From contig JAYGDX010000171.1 of the NCBI GenBank assembly GCA_046582655.1, forward strand, positions 32,974 through 96,973: a stretch of DNA of 64,000 nucleotides, read 5' to 3'. Positions 28,223 to 40,700 of the stretch are shown piece by piece. The notes under the pieces are model-generated. The model saw only the letters and a program-made list of their open reading frames with translations. It made no database searches and was not told the DNA's origin. A program made the translations under genes and the position numbers. Position 1 is the first letter of the stretch, and the number at the start of each line of letters is the position of its first letter. Source of the stretch: Candidatus Poribacteria bacterium. GTDB taxonomy: Bacteria; Poribacteria; WGA-4E; UBA9662.

Positions 28223-29567
28223 GTAACACTCTTTTGGTCCTCTTACTGATCCGAAACAGGTCGCTTGTTCGGTAACCGATAACCCACATGATTTGGGCTT
28301 CGCATACTAGCAATGGTAAGCGGTCACGCTCTGATTGTGGAACTTTGGCGTCGATAAGTAGATCTTTTATTTTTTTTCGTCCTGCCATTCCGAAAGGTTG
28401 GAAGCAATCCCCATCACGCCGGTTGCGGACATAGAGCGGAAATTGGCTGATGTCCCAGTCAAAGACTGCTTCAAACTTGCCGTCAGGATAGCTTGAAGGT
28501 AAATTGCTTCTTACTGAAGTTGAGATTTTACCATGAATCGCCGGGAGATCAGTAACATTTGGTACCGTAACCTCATACTGAAACTCGTCAGTTTGGATAG
28601 GAGATTGGTCTAACACCAGTTGGTTATAGGCACGAGAGAAAACCAGACCATTCGGCAGGTGGAGTCTGCCGTTGGGCAAATGACCATTAATCAAGTCAAT
28701 CATAGACTCGAAGTGTTTATAATAAAGATCGGCGGTGCAACCCAGTTGTTCTATCATAGCCAATCGAAGGATTCGGCGTTGAATAGCAGGATGTTGATTG
28801 AGAAAATTGTCTCGATCTAGTATGTTTGCTCCGATCTTACACGCATCAAAAGCGGTAGTAGCAATCGTATCCAGAAAATCCGATTCTCCTTGAAGGATCT
28901 CGGCCATCCGGTTTAGGGCCTCCTGTATATTCGGATTGTAATTTTCTTTTAGGTGTGGCATTAGATCAATCCGAATCCGGTTTCTCAAGTAACCTCGATC
29001 CATATTTGATTCATCATGGCATGGTGTTAAACCCAACGAATGAGTGAATTCTTCGATCTCAGTACGTGAAGAGGTAAGGAGTGGTCGAATGAATTTGCCG
29101 TCTCGCACCTTAAGCATTCCTCGGAGTCCAGTTATACCCGAACCGCGAAAGAGGCGCATTAGAACTGTTTCAGCTTGATCTCCAAGGTGGTGGCCGAGCG
29201 CAATTTTTGAAGCTCCTATTTGGTTGGAGACTTGCTCGAAGAATTGATATCTAGCTTGTCGTGCACTTGCTTCGGAAGAGTTTGGCAGGGAAATTTCTCG
29301 AACTGTCACCGGAAGATCCAAGCTTTGTGCCTGTTGACAAACATAAGTTGTGTCCTTAGCTGCATTGGATCTTAGACCGTGATTTAAATGTGCTACGTGA
29401 AGATGACAGCCAAGTTGGCTTTGTAAATTGTTGAGCGAGTGGAGTAGTGCCAGTGAATCTGTCCCTCCGGAAACGGCGACAAGAACAATTTCCTTGGAGG
29501 AAATCATGTTGTGTTTGCATATAAACTGGTATATACGGTGAGAAAATCGCTTGGGCATATTTCTCAT
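28194..29567 (-). CDS. tilS: tRNA(Ile)-lysidine synthetase
   Basis: SGGTDS PP-loop, HLNHGLR, AR.ARY, DQAETVL and RNRIR motifs; TilS C-terminal domain. Confidence 0.96.
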   Translation of the reverse strand: MRNMPKRFSHRIYQFICKHNMISSKEIVLVAVSGGTDSLALLHSLNNLQSQLGCHLHVAHLNHGLRSNAAKDTTYVCQQAQSLDLPVTVREISLPNSSEASARQARYQFFEQVSNQIGASKIALGHHLGDQAETVLMRLFRGSGITGLRGMLKVRDGKFIRPLLTSSRTEIEEFTHSLGLTPCHDESNMDRGYLRNRIRIDLMPHLKENYNPNIQEALNRMAEILQGESDFLDTIATTAFDACKIGANILDRDNFLNQHPAIQRRILRLAMIEQLGCTADLYYKHFESMIDLINGHLPNGRLHLPNGLVFSRAYNQLVLDQSPIQTDEFQYEVTVPNVTDLPAIHGKISTSVRSNLPSSYPDGKFEAVFDWDISQFPLYVRNRRDGDCFQPFGMAGRKKIKDLLIDAKVPQSERDRLPLLVCEAQIMWVIGYRTSDLFRISKRTKRVLHVTYENLNQ

Positions 29568-29580
29568 GTTGTGGAAGGAT

Positions 29581-29654
29581 TGCCGGCAGGGAGACTCGAA
29601 CTCCCAACCTCACGATTATGAGTCGTACGCTCTAACCAGTTGAGCTACACCGGC
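29581..29654 (-). tRNA. tRNA-Met(CAT), probably elongator
   Basis: Cloverleaf GCCGGTGTAGCTCAACTGGTTAGAGC..CTCATAA..GTTCGAGT..GCCGGCA; CCA not encoded. Confidence 0.9.
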
Positions 29655-29704
29655 AAGCAAAAGAAATGGGAAACGCGCGTCAATTGCGTCCCCCATTTTC
29701 AGAA

Positions 29705-29778
<74 letters not shown>

Positions 29779-29806
29779 ACAAGTTTACGCCGTAATGAGT
29801 AAAGTG

Positions 29807-29896
29807 TGGTGGGCGAGAAGGGACTTGAACCCTTAAGCTCGTATTAGGAGCGACGGATTTTAAGTCCGTTGTGTTTACCAATTTCACCACTCGCCC
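29807..29896 (-). tRNA. tRNA-Leu(TAA)
   Basis: GGGCGAGTGGTGAAATTGGTAAACAC..CTTAAAA.., long variable arm, encoded CCA. Confidence 0.93.
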
Positions 29897-29927
29897 TTCA
29901 TGCTCAGGTTGGTAAACAGCGTAGTAA

Positions 29928-29957
29928 ATAGTAAATTATATTGTTTAGATTTGTCAA
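29928..29957 (-). promoter_or_regulatory. Sigma70 promoter of the tRNA-tilS cluster
   Basis: TTGACA-N18-TACTAT on the minus strand, ~30 nt upstream of tRNA-Leu. Confidence 0.6.
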
Positions 29958-29965
29958 CTCTTTTT

Positions 29966-30256
29966 TTAATTAAGCAACCTGGAATCAGAACGTAGAATGT
30001 GATATGTCTGCTCACCGGGTTTGCTATAACCGTATTGGCGAACAAGACGTTCTCGTGTCAGCGGATTTGTCTGCAATTTGACAATTTCTATTTTTAATTG
30101 ATCCCATTCTTCTTTGAGATCGGCAATGTCTTGCAAATAATTTTTTTCTGCATAAATCGATTTCCGCCATTTGCCGAATTCATCGAATGAACAGCGTAAG
30201 TTTATTAGAAAGAGTAGCGTGACAATGATAACAAGAAATAATTGAATAATTCGCAT
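29966..30256 (-). CDS. ftsB: Septum formation initiator FtsB/DivIC family
   Basis: Single N-terminal TM helix, coiled coil, ERLVRQYGYSKPGE motif; directly after eno. Confidence 0.75.
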   Translation of the reverse strand: MRIIQLFLVIIVTLLFLINLRCSFDEFGKWRKSIYAEKNYLQDIADLKEEWDQLKIEIVKLQTNPLTRERLVRQYGYSKPGEQTYHILRSDSRLLN

Positions 30257-30281
30257 ACAGTTTCATTATCCGTGATTTTCG

Positions 30282-31568
<1,287 letters not shown>

Positions 31569-31584
31569 CTAAATCTCCCAAAAA

Positions 31585-32376
31585 TCAAAAATTATTCCAA
31601 AGTTCAAAATTATCGGTCAGAATATCGGGACCGTCTGAAAGAATTGCAACTGTGTGTTCAAAATGTGCAGACAGACTCAAATCAGCTGTAACTGCAGTCC
31701 AACCATCCTCCAGTACAACTGATTGACCTGTGCCGATGTTAATCATTGGCTCAATTGCCAGTACCATGCCAGGTTTTAAACGGACGCCTGTTCCTGGTTC
31801 GCCATAATTTGGCACCTGCGGAGCTTCATGCATCTGACGGCCAATTCCATGACCGACGAAATCGCGTGCGACTGAAAAGCCTTGGCTTTCCACATAAGAC
31901 TGAACAGCATGACACACATCGCCAAGCCGATTACCGGACTTAGCCTGATCAATTGCCTCATAGAGCGATGATTTCGTAACCTCGCGAAGTCGTTGTGCTT
32001 GATCAGGGATTTCACCTACAGCAAACGTAAAAGCGTTGTCGCCATGAAACCCATCTAAAAAAATAGCGGTATCGATGCTAACAATGTCACCTGTTTTTAA
32101 GATCCTACCCTCGTGTGGTACACCATGGACAATCTCTTCATTAATTGAGGCGCATATTGTTGCTGGATACGGAGGGTGATTTGGTAGTTGATACCCTAGA
32201 AACGAGGATTTGCCACCGAGTTCCTTAATTGTTTGTCGACATATCTGATCTAACTGGTAAGTGGAAATGTTGGGTTGTATAGCTTCTCCGATGCGTTGAA
32301 GCATAATTGAGGCCGCCTCCCCACTTTTGCGCATGGTTTCAATATGAGATTTTGATTTGAGCTTAATTTTCCTCAT
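31585..32376 (-). CDS. map: Methionine aminopeptidase type I
   Basis: VHGVP, GHGIG..MHE, AIEPM and SAHFEHT motifs. Confidence 0.96.
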   Translation of the reverse strand: MRKIKLKSKSHIETMRKSGEAASIMLQRIGEAIQPNISTYQLDQICRQTIKELGGKSSFLGYQLPNHPPYPATICASINEEIVHGVPHEGRILKTGDIVSIDTAIFLDGFHGDNAFTFAVGEIPDQAQRLREVTKSSLYEAIDQAKSGNRLGDVCHAVQSYVESQGFSVARDFVGHGIGRQMHEAPQVPNYGEPGTGVRLKPGMVLAIEPMINIGTGQSVVLEDGWTAVTADLSLSAHFEHTVAILSDGPDILTDNFELWNNF

Positions 32377-32400
32377 GAGATGGTTATGGTCCCGTTGCTA

Positions 32401-33278
32401 TTATGCGACTCGCTTTGCCCACAGGTGTTTGAGTGCACTTTTGACAACGCGAAAAGGTGAGAAGTTGACTGGAATCATTAGCGGGAATTCGAAGTTGGGA
32501 ACCGTAACGTCACTTAAACTCTGACCGAGAATCTCGATCTGATTAAGATCCACTTCACCAAAACCGACTTCACGTGCAGCCTGAATTATATTAAACTCTT
32601 CTACCGGTAAACCGACGATTTCACAATGAACACGGTCTAGTGCTACCACATCCGTGCCGCAAGTCAATATACCAAGTGGGTGGGGGAACCCTGATCCAGG
32701 ACCAGGACCTTCCATTGCCACGATACCGTCGACAATTGTAAGTTGGGGGGCAATCAACTCCGCATATTCAACTAGCATCTTCCCAAAAGTCAGTCGATTT
32801 TTACCACGCCACAGGTGTAACCTTGACTTTAATTTGCCAGGAACACATCCAAATAGATTTTTAACGGCTACGGTCATCTGCATCTGTCGATGGCTCTTGA
32901 ATTTCGGGACATTAATCACCACATCTGCGTCAATGATCTCTTTGGCGATTTCCCATTCGATCGGCAACTTCCAGTAGACTGGAGCGACGGGCTGGCTACT
33001 GTTAATACATTTCCTGATGCCGGAGAATCACCTATAATCGGTTTCCCGCCAGCTGATAGGACTTGATCAACTATTGATTTTATTACCGTAAAGTGTGTCG
33101 AGGGGATATCGCCAACACAAGTTGCTTTAAGCAAATTTGGTTTGATAAGTACTAGATCTCTTGGTTTTACGTACTGACTGATTCCTTCTAAGTAATCCAA
33201 GAGTTCGTTTATAGCATTATCGACTGCTTGCTGGTCATAATTTGAACATTGGACAATGGCGATAGTTTCAGACATCAT
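32401..33278 (-). pseudogene. DUF362 domain protein, split by deletion/frameshift
   Basis: VLIKPNLL..GDSP in one frame and INVPKFKSH..AVKNLFG..DGIVAMEG.GP in another; junction near 32970-33000. Confidence 0.78.
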
Positions 33279-33284
33279 TTTTCT

Positions 33285-34658
33285 TCAAGAGATTACATCT
33301 CCAATTAGGGTGTGTGCAGTAGCCGTATGAACCTTGATATTTACAGTATCACCAATTTTTGTGTTCTGTCGCGGAAATACAGTAGTTTTAAAAGTATCAT
33401 CTTTTCCAAAGTAATCTGCTTCGGATTTACGCGATTCGCCTTCGACTAGAATCTCTACAGTTTGACCAACCCGCTCCTGATTAATTTCGTGTGAAATACG
33501 GTACTGTAGATCTATAATACTCTGCAAACGGCGTATTTTCTCTTCTTCCGGGACATTATCTTCCAGTGTTCGGTTGGCAAGAGTTCCATCGCGATCTGAG
33601 TATTTAAACATAAACGCCGAATCGTAACGCATCTCACCCATCAAGTCGTGTGTTTGTTGGAAATCCTCTTCGGTTTCACCGCAAAAGCCGACAATAATGT
33701 CTGTGGAAATGGCCAAATTCGGAATTTGGTTACGAAGATTAAACACAAGTTCTCTATATTCATCGACGGTATAGGTCCTATGCATGTCAGACAAGATTCT
33801 TGTGGATCCCGATTGTAAAGGTAAATGAATCTGTTTACAGACTTTTTTGCAGCTCGCTATCGCGTCAATCATCGGTTTTGTTGCGTCGCTGGGATGCGGA
33901 GATGTAAAGCGAATTCGTTCAATTCCTTCAACTTGATTGATAGCAAAAAGCAAGTCTCCGAAATTGTGTGTGCCATCATGGTATGAATTCACTGTTTGCC
34001 CCAGCAAAACGACTTCTTTAAAGCCTTCATCTACAAGGAATTTTATTTCTCTAACTAACATAGGGACAGATAGACTTCGCTCTCGCCCCCGTGTAAATGG
34101 AACCACACAAAAGGTGCACATCTTGTCACAACCTCGTTGAATGGTTAACCATGCTCGAATCCCATCTTTTCGAATCGGCGCTAAGTCAGCATAATCCTCT
34201 GATTTATCAAGTTTCAAATTTACAAATGTATCTTTTGCCTTGGCGGAAGCGATAGCTTGTGGCAGACTTCGATAAGCATCTGGACCCAGAACCAAATCAA
34301 TATACGGTGCGGCATCAAGAACCAGTGTCCGCATATGTTGCGCCATACATCCACAGATTCCCAGAACCATATTCGGATTTCGGCGCTTGATTGCATTTAA
34401 ATGCTTAAGCCGATTTAGGACTTTTTCTTCGGCGTTTTCTCGAATCGCACAGGTGTTTATCAAAATGACATTAGCTGACTCGGCATCATCGGTCATCTTG
34501 TATCCGGCCCTTGTCAGGAGACCTGCCATCAATTCGCTATCACTGACATTCATTTGGCATCCATAAGTTTCAATATAGGCCGTCCCGTTTGATTGAAGCA
34601 GATCTGATTGAACATCGGAAATTGATGTCCTGTTATACAAAGGCAAAGGATTTTTCAT
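33285..34658 (-). CDS. miaB: tRNA-2-methylthio-N6-dimethylallyladenosine synthase
   Basis: TYGCQMN, NTCAIRE and CDKMCTFC (radical SAM) motifs; C-terminal TRAM domain. Confidence 0.95.
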   Translation of the reverse strand: MKNPLPLYNRTSISDVQSDLLQSNGTAYIETYGCQMNVSDSELMAGLLTRAGYKMTDDAESANVILINTCAIRENAEEKVLNRLKHLNAIKRRNPNMVLGICGCMAQHMRTLVLDAAPYIDLVLGPDAYRSLPQAIASAKAKDTFVNLKLDKSEDYADLAPIRKDGIRAWLTIQRGCDKMCTFCVVPFTRGRERSLSVPMLVREIKFLVDEGFKEVVLLGQTVNSYHDGTHNFGDLLFAINQVEGIERIRFTSPHPSDATKPMIDAIASCKKVCKQIHLPLQSGSTRILSDMHRTYTVDEYRELVFNLRNQIPNLAISTDIIVGFCGETEEDFQQTHDLMGEMRYDSAFMFKYSDRDGTLANRTLEDNVPEEEKIRRLQSIIDLQYRISHEINQERVGQTVEILVEGESRKSEADYFGKDDTFKTTVFPRQNTKIGDTVNIKVHTATAHTLIGDVIS

Positions 34659-35467
34659 TTTACGTATTCCTCATAGCATTTCCATAGATCAAACGTGAAC
34701 AGATCCTCAAGGTGAATTAGAACTCGGTACCTCAGGTGTAGCGATTCATCAGCTTTAATAGTGTACGGTTCATCCATGGTAAGTGAAGGGGAAATAAAGC
34801 CGAAACTTTCATCAAGCGCAGTAAATTTTGCCGGATAGCGTGGATTGGATGGATGGTCGAAAATCGCCGTTCCCACCGTTATATTGTCTGCTAAACCGAG
34901 AAAGTCACACCATGAAGCAGGTTTATTGTTTGCTTCCCATTCCCCGATACGGCTGTCTGAGTTGATGAGTTTTTGTCTTTCACGATAAGGTGACCGGTAG
35001 CATAAGCCGTAACTGCTTTGGCTCGCCGCCAGGAGAATATCTTCTGATAGAGGATGAAACGAAAAGTTGAGGTCAATAATCTGCTGATCCTCTAGTGGTT
35101 CGTGGACAATTATTTCACTGGTTTGTTCAATTAGTATTGTTCCTTTTGGTGTGGACCAATTGTTAATGGTGATAACTCTGGCAAAGCAATCTGAAATTTC
35201 TTGGTTTCGGAATTCACGGTGTGTAATCTTACCTGCACCTTCTTTCCAGAAATCGATGCCGTTTACGTTGCCCCACCCGAACCATAGTCCATGATGATTA
35301 ATGTTATCTTCGGGCGTATCACTTGTGACACTTTTCGCATTAGGGGCATTGACCGGGTGAAAGTACGGTTTGCACAGATCACTATGGTAATTGTAAGTAA
35401 GAATCAGGTTTGAATCATTAAAGATAGAAAGGGATGATCCAACCTCTTCATGAAAAGAAAGAGCCAC
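34655..35467 (-). CDS. DUF6807/'PmoA'-family protein
   Basis: KPYFHP, HHGLWF, IDFWKE and DHPSNPRYP motifs; GTG start. Confidence 0.75.
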   Translation of the reverse strand: MALSFHEEVGSSLSIFNDSNLILTYNYHSDLCKPYFHPVNAPNAKSVTSDTPEDNINHHGLWFGWGNVNGIDFWKEGAGKITHREFRNQEISDCFARVITINNWSTPKGTILIEQTSEIIVHEPLEDQQIIDLNFSFHPLSEDILLAASQSSYGLCYRSPYRERQKLINSDSRIGEWEANNKPASWCDFLGLADNITVGTAIFDHPSNPRYPAKFTALDESFGFISPSLTMDEPYTIKADESLHLRYRVLIHLEDLFTFDLWKCYEEYVK

Positions 35468-35635
35468 TTTATTTACTTGTGTCTACGATTACAGATACAC
35501 CATGAAACGAAATTTCGGATTGTTTTTTGTGCTTCTCAATTTAGCTGAAATAATCGCAATATTATACTGTTTCGATTGGTCTCGTGCAAGCAAACGAATC
35601 TGGAACACTGTTAATTTGATGGGGCTTGGTCTCTG

Positions 35636-35664
35636 TTGACCTGATTCGTGTGGAGTGATATAAT
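35636..35664 (+). promoter_or_regulatory. Sigma70 promoter of hisC
   Basis: TTGACC-N17-TATAAT with extended -10 TG. Confidence 0.65.
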
Positions 35665-35736
35665 TCGAAAAATTAGAATTGTTAATTGGTGCAGGGAAGA
35701 TATGAGATCCGCCTTATTAGTGAATGACGACCGGAA

Positions 35737-36810
35737 ATGGAACTAAGGCAATTTTTTCGATCAGATCTTGCGAAACTTAGCCCCTATCACATAGATCAAC
35801 CTGATCACTGCGTGAAATTGGATGCTAATGAGTCGCCCTTCGATCTACCAACGGAGATCTACGCGGAAATTTCAAAGGAGATTAGCAGTTTAAAATTTCA
35901 TCGTTATCCAGATCCAAGTGCGGGTCGGCTAAGAACTGCAATATCTAAGATGATTGGCGTCGATAGAGATCTAATTGTAGTTGGTAATGGATCAGATGAA
36001 CTGATTGGCTACATTTTTCAGATATTTGCTAAACCTGATGTACAGGCTTCATTTCCAAGTCCAACCTTCTCGATGTACCAGATCTTCGCTCAGATTTTTG
36101 GAATGTCGTTCACTGAGATACCACTTGGCTCAAATTTTGAACTGATAGACGAAACGTGGCAGTCACATCTTAATCGGTATGCCAAAAACTTGGTCTTTTT
36201 GGCTTATCCAAATAACCCGACCGGAAATCTGTTTCCGGAGGATATCCTTCACAAAATTCTGGTACGTTCGGACACCGTTTTAATTCTCGATGAAGCCTAT
36301 TACGAATTTTCAGGGAAATCATTACTCAGTCGGCTTCATCAGCAGCCGAATTTAATTATTACCCGGACATTCTCTAAAGCTTATGGGTTAGCGGGACTTC
36401 GTTGCGGTTACATGGTTGCACATCCTGACGTTATATCTGAGATTAACAAGATTCGGATGCCCTACAATTTAAATAGTTTCTCGCAGACCGTTGCCATGTT
36501 GATGATCAAGCATAGAGAAAATATTAGGCCATACATCAAATTGATCTTAGAGGAACGGAGGCGAATCTATGATATGCTGGTTACAGTAGATTGGTGTGAA
36601 CCAATGCCGACAGATTCTAATTTTATCCTTTTCCGAGCCCAAAAACCTGCGGATTTGGTATTTCAGAAAGTGTTAAGTCACGGTGTGCTAATCCGAAACC
36701 TCAATTGTCCCGGATTGCTTGAAAATTGTCTGCGTGTGACAATCGGTACGACTGAAGAAAACAATCGGTTTCTAAGTGCAATTACGGCCGATTTCGGTGA
36801 GAAAGTCTGA
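35737..36810 (+). CDS. hisC: Histidinol-phosphate aminotransferase
   Basis: KLDANE, GNGSDE, PNNPTG, DEAY and RTFSKAYGLAGLR motifs. Confidence 0.93.
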   Translation: MELRQFFRSDLAKLSPYHIDQPDHCVKLDANESPFDLPTEIYAEISKEISSLKFHRYPDPSAGRLRTAISKMIGVDRDLIVVGNGSDELIGYIFQIFAKPDVQASFPSPTFSMYQIFAQIFGMSFTEIPLGSNFELIDETWQSHLNRYAKNLVFLAYPNNPTGNLFPEDILHKILVRSDTVLILDEAYYEFSGKSLLSRLHQQPNLIITRTFSKAYGLAGLRCGYMVAHPDVISEINKIRMPYNLNSFSQTVAMLMIKHRENIRPYIKLILEERRRIYDMLVTVDWCEPMPTDSNFILFRAQKPADLVFQKVLSHGVLIRNLNCPGLLENCLRVTIGTTEENNRFLSAITADFGEKV

Positions 36811-36893
36811 CGCAATTCCGCACAGAAGTTGAAGCTCCAAATTTTTCTAAATGTAAATGTAGGTAAGATAACTCACTAAATATTCCTGATTGG

Positions 36894-37745
36894 CTAAACT
36901 TCTATATAGCGTTTGATAGGTAACAAACTGCCAATCAAACCAAGCAACGTACCGATGCCAATGATAGAAAGGAATTGAGTTGATGTAATAAATTCAATAT
37001 CACCGATTTGCTGTGAGAACAGATAGAATATCAGGTACATTCCCCATAGCCCCAATATGCTGCCGATGAAGCCGAGAAAGATTCCTTGAGTTACCAAAGG
37101 CAGGATAATGTACAAGTTTCCTGCGCCGACCATTCGTAGAATCCTAATTTCTTCCCTTCTAAAATAGACAGTTAACATAATTGAGAACGCAACAATTACG
37201 ACTGAAGCTCCTCCCATCAATACGCTAAATATTAAGATGACCATCTCCGCTTTATTGATGAAGTTGGAACTGTACTGCTCATAGGTCACGTCCTCAATAC
37301 CTTCAAGTTCATCAATCCAACCAGCGATATCTGGAAGAGCATCTGAATTGAGGGTGAGCTCGTTCACATAGATTTCAAATGAGGCAGGAAGCGGATTTAT
37401 ATCTGCAAATCCTTCCATGATGGCCTTACCATATTTTCCGAATGTATCTTGGCTTTTTTTTAGTGCTGCTTCCTTTGAAACGTAAGTAATACTAGAGATT
37501 TCGTTTGCTCGTTGGAGATCTATTCGCAGTTTTTTTAATGTTTCGATATTTAGATTGTCGTCTAAAAAGGCGATGATTGGCGCATCTTCTTTAAGGGTTG
37601 CCATTTCTCTGTGCAAGTGGTTTCGAATAATAATCAGGCTGCTCAAAATGATGACAGTCAGTGTGATAATGATGACGCTAAGCAAACTAACAATTCCACC
37701 ATGCCGAATGTTAGAAACAGATTCCTCAAACCAATATTTAATCAT
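36894..37745 (-). CDS. ftsX: Cell division permease FtsX
   Basis: One TM helix, extracytoplasmic domain with YVSKEAAL and NPLP, then RREEI.ILRMVGA and three TM helices. Confidence 0.88.
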   Translation of the reverse strand: MIKYWFEESVSNIRHGGIVSLLSVIIITLTVIILSSLIIIRNHLHREMATLKEDAPIIAFLDDNLNIETLKKLRIDLQRANEISSITYVSKEAALKKSQDTFGKYGKAIMEGFADINPLPASFEIYVNELTLNSDALPDIAGWIDELEGIEDVTYEQYSSNFINKAEMVILIFSVLMGGASVVIVAFSIMLTVYFRREEIRILRMVGAGNLYIILPLVTQGIFLGFIGSILGLWGMYLIFYLFSQQIGDIEFITSTQFLSIIGIGTLLGLIGSLLPIKRYIEV

Positions 37746-37750
37746 AAATG

Positions 37751-40700
37751 TTAGAAATAAGATCTACTTAGTCCGTTACCAACGCCGAAAGCGTTATAGG
37801 GTACACCCACTGGCAGGCTACGGAATCCCCAGGTCTCAGTTGTTGCATCGTAACCAAGGCCGACTGTAACTGCTGGGTCAGCCAGTAAGTTAAGTTGGAA
37901 CGTAAAATCTTGGCGCACATTGTTGTAGGGGGGGCTACGTTTAATTCCAACGCGGTGCCACGAGATTCGGAGATCCCAGACGTTCAAGTTGCGACGCAGC
38001 GTCATACGTTGTGAATAGAACTGTTTTTCAATCCAATCATAATCCGCTCCTAAATCGATTTCAATCAACGAATTAGGTCGGAACTGAAAACTGAAGTTGA
38101 TTCGACGAGACGCGCGAGATGTCCTTTTGCTAAACGAATTACCAAGCGAAAAATCCCATTTGTCTCGTCGATAGCTGACATTTGACCTAAACCCAACCTG
38201 TTTGAATCGCTTTTGATCGAGTTCAGATTCATTTGGATCGTGTGTTGTACGGATTATGATATTCATACTTTGGCTGGCTAACGGTGTAATTGTCACGTTA
38301 CTGTCAATGAAATCATACTTTCGATTCCATTCAGCAGCATAATCAGTATAGTCTGCTTGTAGCCGTGTTCGGAACTGGAGAATTCGTAACGGCGTTTTAT
38401 TTTTTTGCGTCTTAATCTCGATGCTAGTATCGAAACGGTAGGTCAGATCCTTTGCTTCGTAGAAATAGGTGCTTGGTCCAAATGGATATAAGTTGTCTTC
38501 GCGGTCAACAGGTGGAGCATAACTGGCAGAGACAGTGGAATTCATCTGATGACGCATTCGCCGAGCCCCCGGGATAAAGCTGATGTCATAAATTCGAAAC
38601 AGAATGGTGCTGACATCAACCTGTACGTCGTAAACCCGACGAAATATATGTCGATTCCCATCGCGATCTTTATCATGCCAAACGAAGTTGGTATTTAGAT
38701 TCAGATCTAGTTTTGCTTCACGGGTCGATGAGATTTTCAGCGTCGATTGTTTTCGGACATCGAAGCCGACGACTCCTGCGAGCAAGTATACATTTTTCTC
38801 TTCCTGATAAAGATCACGGTAAAAATTTCCGACGTTCACGTCAAGATCAAAGCTCGTGTTTTCCAAAGTTGGAAAGCTTAAAAGAGAAAGAATTGGCGTA
38901 TCGGTATTCACTTTCTCTGCTATTTTAACCATTCGATCATTAATTATTTTGAATATTGGTAGATTACTAACTCGCATCCGAGATAAGGAAACGTTTGCTT
39001 CTGGAAGTTTCTGTAGAGTTCTTGTTCCTTCGCCGGTTAGGTCGAGGCTATGGTTTACCTGTAGTCTGCCCAGGAACTCACCAATTCTTTGTGTTGAAAA
39101 CGTCAGATTACCATCATCGTCAGTGTCCAGTTCATCGATTGCCGAAAATGCGGATCCCCAGGTAAACATACCAAACGAATCAATAGCTGATTCTGAATCT
39201 CCGAATCCTTCTTTATAACTTTTAGACTGCAATTCGACACGTCCCATAAAATTTAGTGGTTTTCGTCCCTCTTCGCGGTTGTCCCACGGTGTATAGATGC
39301 TATGGTAATGTCCCCAGCGTAAAGCAGTTCGTTGCCCAATTCGAGTTGCTTCTTCCCGTGAAAATGAGTATTGATCATTGGTGTAGAAGAATAAATCCCC
39401 GCGATAAGTTCGCTTCTTCTTAATATTAATTAGATGATACCCTTTTTTACTTTCAATAACGTGGCTTGATTCATCTCGGTCGAGTTGTTGCGCCTCTCGT
39501 GTAACCGCGCGTTCGTGTTCCCACCGACCTTTAAATCCGTGTTTTGTGTAGGCTTTAATCTTTTCTTCCTCGTTCTGTTCCTCATCTTGACCTGTTTCTT
39601 TTGACTCGGGCACTTTTTTTTCGGCCTCTGCTTTTTGTACTCGGCGTTTCTCAAACTCCTCGATCATAGATCTCCCAACCTTTTCCTCGAAATCACGTGC
39701 GACCTCCTCAAAAGATGGAGTTTCTTCTTTTTCCATAAGTTGGAAAATATGGATACCCCGATCTGTCATCACAGTTGGCGTTACTTCACCCAACATTTCG
39801 AGGCGACGGACTGAATACTTCCATCGGCTGTCCATTTCGTTGAGTGGGATCATAGCACCATTGTTTACGTCAGAAACCTCTGATTCCTCAAATTCGCTTG
39901 CAAGTTGCGCAAGACTTTCACCAGCGGCTGCGCGTCCCTGTATCTTTTCTGCGATTTCTCTGGTAGTTTCTCGTGTTTCGTCGCTGGGGCTAATATTGAT
40001 GTCGATACGGCGTATGGAGATCTCGTGTTCACCATAAATATCAAGAATATGGTCGACCTTCAAGATATGAAATCCACGATCAGTTCGCAAGACCTGACTG
40101 ATTTCGCCTGCTTTGAGAGCGAAGGCCGCTTCTTCTAGAACAGGATCGAGCCTTAACTCACCTTCCTGATCTTTTTCACCTCGAACTAGAAACCCTAGAT
40201 CTCCTCCTTGGTAACGAGTCTGATCATCATCAGAATTAGCCTCGGAAATTTTGCCAAAATCAGCGTTTTCAGCCTGTAATTTAGTGTAGACTTCTTGTAT
40301 CTTTGTGTGAGCACGTTTGACATCTTCATCTGTAATCAAATACTCAAAGAATAACTGACGAAGCTTGTAATGATCAAATTCCCCGTCTAATCGATCGGCA
40401 AGTTCCGCTGCGAGATCCTTTAACTTTGCTTTTTCACTCGGTGTTGCGTCTGGCAAAAATGGAAGGAATATCTCATCAAATCCAACATCATTGACACGAT
40501 ACCCTCCGTCAGTACCTCCACCACGACCACGGCGAGAACTTTGATCAAACATAATTGATCCGTTAAGTCGGCGACGTCGGGAAATAGGTAGTTCGATACT
40601 CATAAACGGTCCTTGGTAACTATCTGTACCGAGCCTGAAGATGACTTTTGCCTGTTTATCTTTGCGAAGATCCCGACGATAGGCAGGAAAATAGAAAAGT

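Noticed and set aside
29581..29654. tRNA-Ile2 (TilS substrate) next to tilS
   Set aside because: The acceptor stem has G4-C69 and G5-C68, opposite to the C4-G69/C5-G68 TilS determinants known from E. coli, and resembles elongator tRNA-Met. Not fully excluded without an isotype-specific model.
32940..33010. Programmed frameshift in DUF362
   Set aside because: No slippery heptamer at the junction, and sequence appears to be missing.
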